64,000 bases of DNA from the NCBI GenBank assembly GCA_030704615.1, contig CM060732.1, positions 30,256,001 to 30,320,000 on the forward strand, written 5' to 3'. The notes beneath the pieces were generated by a model that saw only the letters and a list, made by a program, of their open reading frames with translations, searched no databases and had not been told where the DNA came from. The stretch comes from Takakia lepidozioides (Eukaryota > Plantae > Bryophyta). The translations under genes and the position numbers were made by a program. Shown here in pieces: positions 56,439 through 64,000 of the stretch. Every line of letters starts with the position of its first letter. Positions within the stretch are counted from its first letter, which is position 1.

Positions 56439-58994
56439 ATGCCTGTCCTTATGAAGGGTTCTGATTGTTGCAGGATGGCAGGGTTGAATCAAGTACAATT
56501 GACTGAATCTGGCACTGTGACCACTTCTTTTGAAAGAGGACCAACAGAGAGAGTCAACATGAACTCTTCTGCCACTGATTTGGATGTGAAGACACTATGT
56601 GGGAGAGGACACCTGAAAGTGGCACTGCATAATTTGAGTCGAGGAGGCATCTCGGCAGACTCCAATACTTATGTCGGTCTCTTACAGGAGTGCATCGGGA
56701 TCAAAGGCCTAGCAGAAGGAAAGCAGGTGCATGCCCACATTATCCAAAGTGGATTCAATCCAAACCTTTTTCTAAGCAACGCTCTTGTCAATATGTATGC
56801 CAAGTGTGGGAGTGTGCAGAATGCACGCGAAGTTTTTGACAAAATGCCTGAAAGAGATGTGTTTACATGGAATATAATGATGGCAGGATATGCCAAGCAT
56901 GAGTGTGGTAGGGAGGCCTTTAAGATCTATGAGCAAATGATACAGGAAGGGGCTACACCCAACAAAGTCACATTCATTTGCATTCTTAAGGCATGTGCCA
57001 GTCTCGCAGTCCTGGAAAAGGGTGAAGAGGTCCATGCTGACATCGTCAGAGCTGGAATTGTGCCAGATATCATTCTGGAGACTGCCCTTGTGCACATGTA
57101 TGCCAAATGCAGGAGCATGAAGGATGCACGTCAAGTGTTTGACAATATGGGGCAACGAGATGTGGTGTCATGGAACACTATGGTTGCAGGATATGCTCAG
57201 CATGGGTATGGTATGGAGGCTCTTCAGATGTATGAGAAAATGCTCCAGGAAGGGGTGATGGCCACCAGTGTCACGCTCCTTTGTGTTCTCAAGGCATGTG
57301 CCAGTGTAGGAACCCTGGAAAAGGGCAAAGAGGTCCATTCTAAGCTCATTACAGCTGGATTTGCACCAGACATCATGTTGGAGAATACCCTCATTGACAT
57401 GTATGCCAAATGTGGGAGCATAGAGGATGCGTGTCAAGTGTTCAACAGTATGGGGAAGCGAGATGTGGTCTCATGGAGTGTTATGATTGCAGGATATGCT
57501 CAACATGGGTATGTTAGTGAGGCTTTCAAGATCTATGAGCAAATGATATGGGAAGGGGTGACACCCAACAGGGTCACGTTCATTTGTGTTCTCGGCGCGT
57601 GTGCCAGCACGGCAGCCCTGGAAAAGGGCAAAGAAGTCCATGCTGACATTATCAAAGCTGGAATTGCTCCAGAGATCATTCTAGAGACTGCCCTTGCTGC
57701 CATGTATGCCAAATGCGGGGACATGAAGAGTGCACGTCAAGTGTTCGACACTATGGCTGAACGCAATGTGGTCTCATGGAATGCGATGATTGCAGGATAT
57801 GCTCAGAATCGATTTGGTAGGCTGGCTTTTGAGATCTATGAACAAATGATTCAGGAGGGGGTGATTGCCAACAAGATCACTTTCATTTGCATTCTCAATG
57901 CATGTGCCAGCCTGGCAGCCCTGGAAAAGGGCAAAGAGGTCCATGCTGATGTCATCAGAGCTGGAATTGCGCCAGATATCATTCTGGAGAATACCCTCGT
58001 TGACATGTATGCCAAATGCGGGAGTATGAAAGATTCTCGTGATGTGTTTGATAATATGTCTGTGCAAGATGTGGTCTCTTGGAACACCATGATTGCAGGA
58101 TATGGGCAGCATGGATGTGGTAGGGATGCCCTCCAACTATTTGAACAACTGCAAGAGGTAGGCTTGAAGCCAGACGATATCACCCTTACATGTGTTCTCT
58201 CTGCATGTCGCCATGTGGGCCTGGTGGATGAAGGCTGCCACTACTTTATTTCTATGAGTCAGGATCATGGCCTCACTCCTGCGTCGGAGCATTTTAGCTG
58301 TATGGTGGACCTTCTTGGCCGTGCAGGCCGATTGGATGAGGCAGAGGATTTTGTGAACAAAATGCCAGTCGAACCAGGTGCTTCGGTTTGGGGGGCCTTG
58401 CTTGGTGCCTGCAAAATTCATGGTGATGTGGATGTGGCAGAACGTGCAGCAAAATGCCTTCTCAAGTTGGATCCACAGCACGCACCAACTTACGTGCTAC
58501 TATCGAACATCTATGCTGCAGCTGGCAGGTGGGATGATACAGCAAAGGTGAGACAAATGATGGAGGACAGAGGTATCATAAAGGAGCCAGGATATAGCTG
58601 CATTGAGGTAGATAACCAGGTTCATACATTCGTTGTAGAAGATAAATCACATCCACAAATGCAGGGAATCCATGCTGAGCTGAAGAGATTGTCTGGGCAG
58701 ATGAGGGACGCCGGGTATGTGCCTGACACTCGCTTTGTATTGCATGATTTGGAGGAGGAGGAAAAGGAATTTTCTCTTTCCCACCATAGTGAGAAGCTAG
58801 CCATTGCTTTTGGGCTAATCAGGACACCCCCTGGAACACCTATCCGTATCATCAAGAACCTTAGAGTGTGTGGTGACTGCCACACCACCACCAAGTTCAT
58901 CTCAAGGATTGCCAGGCGAGAAGTTGTTGTAAGGGATGCCAACCGCTTTCACTACTTCAAAGATGGGGTTTGTTCTTGTGGGGATTACTGGTGA
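56439..58994 (+). CDS. PLS-E1-E2-DYW PPR protein, putative C-to-U organellar RNA editing factor (intact)
   Basis: 851-aa ORF with P-L-S triplets, E1/E2, PG box KEPGYSCIEV, HSEKLA, IKNLRVCGDCH and terminal CSCGDYW. Confidence 0.97.
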   Translation: MPVLMKGSDCCRMAGLNQVQLTESGTVTTSFERGPTERVNMNSSATDLDVKTLCGRGHLKVALHNLSRGGISADSNTYVGLLQECIGIKGLAEGKQVHAHIIQSGFNPNLFLSNALVNMYAKCGSVQNAREVFDKMPERDVFTWNIMMAGYAKHECGREAFKIYEQMIQEGATPNKVTFICILKACASLAVLEKGEEVHADIVRAGIVPDIILETALVHMYAKCRSMKDARQVFDNMGQRDVVSWNTMVAGYAQHGYGMEALQMYEKMLQEGVMATSVTLLCVLKACASVGTLEKGKEVHSKLITAGFAPDIMLENTLIDMYAKCGSIEDACQVFNSMGKRDVVSWSVMIAGYAQHGYVSEAFKIYEQMIWEGVTPNRVTFICVLGACASTAALEKGKEVHADIIKAGIAPEIILETALAAMYAKCGDMKSARQVFDTMAERNVVSWNAMIAGYAQNRFGRLAFEIYEQMIQEGVIANKITFICILNACASLAALEKGKEVHADVIRAGIAPDIILENTLVDMYAKCGSMKDSRDVFDNMSVQDVVSWNTMIAGYGQHGCGRDALQLFEQLQEVGLKPDDITLTCVLSACRHVGLVDEGCHYFISMSQDHGLTPASEHFSCMVDLLGRAGRLDEAEDFVNKMPVEPGASVWGALLGACKIHGDVDVAERAAKCLLKLDPQHAPTYVLLSNIYAAAGRWDDTAKVRQMMEDRGIIKEPGYSCIEVDNQVHTFVVEDKSHPQMQGIHAELKRLSGQMRDAGYVPDTRFVLHDLEEEEKEFSLSHHSEKLAIAFGLIRTPPGTPIRIIKNLRVCGDCHTTTKFISRIARREVVVRDANRFHYFKDGVCSCGDYW

Positions 58995-59729
58995 AACGAG
59001 CAATGTGCAAGAAGATTACATCCACTTCAAAATGCGTGAGTGTGGAAAGTTTGTAAGAGAAGAATTGGAAGAAACTGCTGGCTGTCGCTGAATGTGATAG
59101 CCAGCACTGCACTTTCTGTGAGCTTTCTACAGGGATGATCAGAATGCAAGAAACAGCAGCAGAGACCACAGAACACCTTACTGCAGAGGAATTGTCGCCA
59201 GGACCAGAATGGTCATGAACAAACTCCTGAAGTTACAGGGTTGATAGTTTTTGACCAAGGAAGGTTGAACACAAGGATCCCTAAACATTGAGGGTCAATT
59301 CCTTCCTACTAACTGGGGAACATCCAGCATCATTATACATGTTGACACTGCCTCCAGCTGGAAAGGACTTCTAATTGCTCTATCTGAATCAACCGGCAAG
59401 CAATGTCTTCTGAGTACATTCTGTCTGAATTATCAACCTTAGTTTGAAGAGGTAAACTTCAAGCTCTGGTGTCACACTTTGCTGCTTCAAACGTCTCCAC
59501 CATTAAAAATTACCTTCATGAAGGCTCTTTTTTCAAGGAAAGTCTGGGAGCAACAGCATACCCTTGCATAATTCCTTGGTACAAGTAGCTGACCAAATTT
59601 CCAGGTTGAAGTCTGGCAAATTTTTGCCAGAAAAAAGCACCAAAAATACTGGCACCAATACTCTCCATTGGCAAATAAATAAGATATTATTTCCTCGGAA
59701 ACCAGAAGAAAAAAGAAAAAAAACTTGCA

Positions 59730-59905
59730 GGCTGGTAGCTCAGTTGGATAGTGCGCACTACATCACTGCTGTGTCTTGCTGATATGGTTTGTTTCCTGAA
59801 GGTGGGTTTGGGGGTGACATTCCCAATGGCTTGTATGGAAAGGGGTTAATTTCTCCCTCTTCTCAAGGACCTGAATTGTAAGCAAATTGCTCAGGGTTTT
59901 CACTC
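59730..59905 (+). mobile_element. Degenerate tRNA-derived SINE copy
   Basis: A-box TAGCTCAGTTGG at 59736. The 3' body (CTAAGG/CAAGG..CCTGA.TTGT.AGC..GCTC..GG.TTT) is shared with 60543-60791. Confidence 0.55.
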
Positions 59906-60542
59906 ATTTCCAAAGATAGGTGTACATGGAATATTTCATCCATGTTTACAGATGAATATGTAAACAGGACGTAGTTCATTGGATGAGTAGACTAGACAAA
60001 ATGCACAACAGATACAAAATTGGTCATGGATTGTTCTGGGAAGCAAGCACTTGGTGATCTTCCTGATTTTAACAACCTATTCATAATTACAATAGGGCAG
60101 GGCTTGCATGCAGTCCATGCATTTGGCTTACAAATCAAGTAGTATATGTAAAGTGCCACTGATCTACTTAGTCAGCATGTATGAAATTCTTGAATCCAGC
60201 ATTCTAACATGTAATAGTTGAAATTCATCATTTTGTGTCCACTATAAAGTTTGAAAACTCCTAGTATGTCAACTAAGTCTTCCAACTCAAGAAAAAATAA
60301 TATATCAGTCGACATTCGACCGCTTGGGGGTATGATAAACTGACCTTTTTAGTTGGTATGTATGTTCAACAATAGATGAATGTAAAGGGGTGAAAGTATG
60401 TGATGTGGTCAAACCATTGGATGTGCAAAGATCACGCATCGTTTATTAACCCTTTTTCTTTTTTTTCCTAATTTGGATCACATAAAGTGAAAAATGTTGG
60501 CAATCTTTACAGGATAAAATGGGTTTGAATATTGTACCAACA

Positions 60543-60791
60543 GTCAGTAGCTCAGTTGGTAAAGTGCACTGAGTGCTATCCAGATGACCCTGGGGTCAAA
60601 TCCTGCAACTTGACGGGTGTGGTACGCTCTTCTCCCCCTTCCCTCCCCCTTCCCTGCACGGTGTCGCATCTGAAAGCCTTAGGGCGAGGTTACTGAGAGG
60701 TTATTTTCTCCTCTCACTAAGGGGCCTGATTTGTGAGCTGTCGCTCCCAGGTGTTTCCCTTTATGAAATATATATATATATATATATATAT
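60543..60791 (+). mobile_element. tRNA-derived SINE
   Basis: A-box TAGCTCAGTTGG 60548-60559, B-box-like GGTCAAATCC 60594-60603, non-tRNA body and (TA)n tail 60768-60791. Confidence 0.7.
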
Positions 60792-61375
60792 TGTAGAAGC
60801 CATATATCTCCATCCATGGGCCTCACATTGTGATGACGTGTTTTGAGCAGGGAGGCGATGCAAACTGCCTCTCACGCAATGCTCACAATTGACGTCTTCA
60901 CATTATGATGAGGTAGTCTTGTTATAATATTGGTTCGGGTCTAAAACTATGCAACTCTCTCTTCTCCCCGGACACATTGTACCTAGCAAATCAGTAATAT
61001 GTCACCTTCAGATGATCCCAAAAATGGAGAATCAAAAGTTGGTGATATCCTCCCTCTCTAACGAATTTGTCCATGCTCTGATTTCTCTCGTTTGGAATTT
61101 AGAAGTTGAATGGGCATCAAAATTATGTTTAAACCCTAAACGACGACGCGACCCGAAACACATCGCGTTAGATTTATGCCACAATCCAACTTTCTCCGCA
61201 ATTTCTCCGTTCTTATCCCCCGTTGGAGCCAGGTGTCACGTTCTAGATGTGTATGTGAGCATAATGGGCAATTGGAGGATGGGAATAGGCGTGGCCACAG
61301 AGGATGGAAGTGATTTCTGAAGATAAAGCGTGCAGGTTAGGGAAAAGCACAAGTGGGAATTTACAGGCTCATCAA

Positions 61376-62070
61376 CGCCGCCACCAAGTTCATCTCAAAG
61401 ATTGTTGGCCAAGCAATTGTTGCAGGGACGCTAACCGCTTTGAAGATTGGGTTTGTTCTTGTCGGGGTCTATGTTTCTTTTATCTCTGTAGCTGCGCAGT
61501 TCATGCACCATTTCCAGAGAATGTTGACCATGATGGAATGTTGAGGGCATTGCATGTGGCATATCCACAGGAAATGATAGTTAAGTGGGGTCTACTGAGC
61601 ATAAGTTAGATTAGAAGTCAGCCCATAAGTGCACTTGACTGAGCAGGTAATGAGTTGAGGGGGATTTTGACTGACTCTGGTGATGGTGGACGACACCTGA
61701 GTGCTTCCTAGTGCTGGTGTGGTTGGTGGAGCTTCAATATGAAAGTGAATACGATTCATTATGAACTTGATGAGAGGGGCAACCAAGTTGAGCACAAGTT
61801 TGTTCAGCATCTTAAACTTGGACATGTTTGTGTGTGCTACTTGTGGACTAACTTGCATGAATGTTATCAAAAGCTAGCCTTAGCCCACCAAGATCTAACC
61901 CCATGGTGGCGACTCGAAAGTTTTGCGTAGTGATTATTTGGTATTTGGTGTTATTGATTGATGCAGCATGAAGGCCTTTCACCCAAAACACTCTTCCATC
62001 ACTGTCTGCCAACATCCAAGAGCCGTACGACTCATACAGCATACAACTTCAACGCCACCGAACACTTCGA
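61376..62070 (+). pseudogene. Orphan DYW C-terminal fragment plus PPR 3' flank
   Basis: ATKFISKIVG.AIV / RDANRF / VCSC remnants. The downstream sequence is colinear with 47115-47490. Confidence 0.75.
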
Positions 62071-62726
62071 GAATGCCAAAGAAAGGACCCTTGTCTGTCT
62101 TCTTGAGAGAGTTTATAGCAGGTTAGCTTGGAAAATCTTAATGATAGGTGTTGAGGTGCCTGTCCCCACCATATGGACTCTTAGAAATGACAAGATATTA
62201 AGAGAATACCTGTGAAACCGTAGCAACAGCTCCCTCTCTCCCTAAGATGGCACATAAGCTCATCTGTCAGACCAATGCCAGAACAGGAGATTATGAGTCG
62301 TGATATATGTGATGCTATGCCCTGCTGTAAATTTCTGAACTTTTGTGCAGAATGGAGACTAAGATCAAGCATCATGAACATGCTCCTATCAAATTCAAGA
62401 CCGGACTTGAGGGAAATTAGGCTAACAGAAATTAGGCCAGAGGAGAAACCTACCCACACAAGAAACCCCTTACCTTACAAAACAGTCACTTCAGCAATCT
62501 ACACTACATGCCATCACAAAACACTCTAATCGCTATCAAAATTTCCTATAGACTTGAGCCATTCACAATTCCTCGACTTACTGTACATCAGGTCCTTGTG
62601 CCCCGATCTTGTCTCTTCGCTGACATGTCCACCCGCAGTACCCAACACTGGCACCTTCTACATCTCTTAAATACCTGGTCACAGTTCTTATGGCATGAAA
62701 CTCGAAGTCACACAGTATTGCCAGCC

Positions 62727-64000
62727 TCAATGCTGCAGTGACCTGGCTCCTCTAGCCCCTCTGACCTCCATCATTTTTCTCACCTTTGCACTATCGTCCC
62801 ACATCCCAGCTGCGGCATAGATGTTTGATAAAAGCACATAAGTCATGGCATCCTGTGCATCCCACTTGAGAATGGATGTTGCCACACGTTCAGCCATCTC
62901 CACATTGCCATGGATTCTGCAGGCACCAAGCAAGGCCTTCCACACCACAGCATCTGGTTTGATTGGCATTTTATTAATGAGGTCCTCTGCCTCATCCAGT
63001 CGCCCTGCACGCCCAAGAAGGTCCACCATGCAGCCAAAGTGCTTTTCTGTCGGAGTGACACCATGATCTTGACTCAGGGAATTAAAATAGCATCTTCCTT
63101 CATCAAGTAGGCCAACGTGGCTGCATGCAGAGAGAACACATATAAAGGTGATGTGGTTGGGCTTCACCCCTTCCCGCATCATTTGCTCATAGGTCTCTAA
63201 AGCCTCCATCCCGCGGCCCTGCTGTGCATATCCTGCGATCATGGCATTCCATGACACCAGATTTCGTTCAGCCATATTGCTGAACACTCCCTTTGCATCT
63301 TCAATGCTTCCACATTTGGCATACATGTCCACCAGGGCAGTGTTCAGAATCACATCTGGTATAATTCCAGCTTTGATGATATCACCATGGACCTCTTTGC
63401 CCTTTTCCAGGGCTGCCAGGCTCGCGCATGCATTGCAAACGCAAACAAACGTGATGTGGTCAGGCTTCACCCCATTCCGCATCATTTGCTTGTAGGTCTC
63501 CCAAGCCTCCATCCCGCACCCCTGCTGTGCATATCCTGCGATCATTGCGCTCCACGACACCACATCTCGTTCAGCCATACTGTCGAACACTCCCTTTGCA
63601 TCTTCAATCCCCCCACATTTGGCATACATGTCCACCAGGGCAGCATTCAGAATGGCATCTGGTACAATTCCTGCTTTGGTGATGTCACGATGGACCTCTT
63701 TGCCCTTTTCCAGGGCTGCCAGGCTTGCACAAGCATTGCAGACACAAACAAACGTGATGTGGTCAGGCTTCACCCATTCCCGCATCATTTGCTCATAGGT
63801 CTTCAAAGCCTCCATCCCACGCCCCTGCTGTGCATATCCTGCGATCATGGCGTTCCAAGACACCACATTTCGTTCCGCCATATTGTCGAACACTCCCTTT
63901 GCATCTTCAATGCTCCGACATTTGGCATACATGTCCACCAGGGCAGTGTTCAGAATCACATCTGGTACAATTCCAGCTTTGACAATGTCACCATGGACCT
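62727..64000 (-). pseudogene. PLS-E PPR gene running off the window; frameshift at the PG box and no DYW
   Basis: P-L-S repeats and E1/E2 up to KVRKMMEVRG. AGAGGAGCCAGG has lost two bases versus paralogs (AGAAAGGAGCCAGG). No DYW follows. Confidence 0.88.

Noticed and set aside
56439-58994. U-to-C (KP-type) editing factor
   Set aside because: It has a PG-type box, HSEKLA and terminal DYW, typical of C-to-U enzymes.
60543-60615. Functional tRNA gene
   Set aside because: No convincing acceptor/anticodon stems, a degenerate B-box, and continuation into a SINE-like body and TA tail.

Overview
This is eukaryotic nuclear DNA from a land plant. Spliceosomal introns, an expanded PLS/DYW PPR family and a SABATH gene suggest a non-seed plant with heavy organellar RNA editing (inference). 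Apparently intact genes: mitochondrial HSP70 (6 exons), intronless RPL36, a SABATH methyltransferase, one complete PLS-E-DYW PPR and one PLS PPR lacking its DYW. Decayed or fragmentary genes: three further PPR copies, an orphan DYW tail, a DTW-domain gene and an ataxin-10-like exon. Transposon relics: Ty3/gypsy integrase, Ty1/copia RT-RNaseH, an L1 zinc-finger fragment, a CRE-like RLE non-LTR element with an internal micro-inversion, tRNA-derived SINEs and a hAT-like MITE. Two candidates stand out. (1) A ~9.3 kb element (1156-10506) with imperfect inverted CATGAGC-rich ends. It carries a spliced, now disabled gene with a ParB/Srx-like N-terminal region and a bacterial-type beta-class N4C/N6A DNA methyltransferase domain, ~12 copies of a 20-24 bp palindrome, and a head-to-head pair of unknown paralogous genes. 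No transposase is recognisable. (2) OSB-type ssDNA-binding PDF motifs placed N-terminal to PPR-DYW editing factors at three loci. All calls were made by eye from motifs; no database searches were run.
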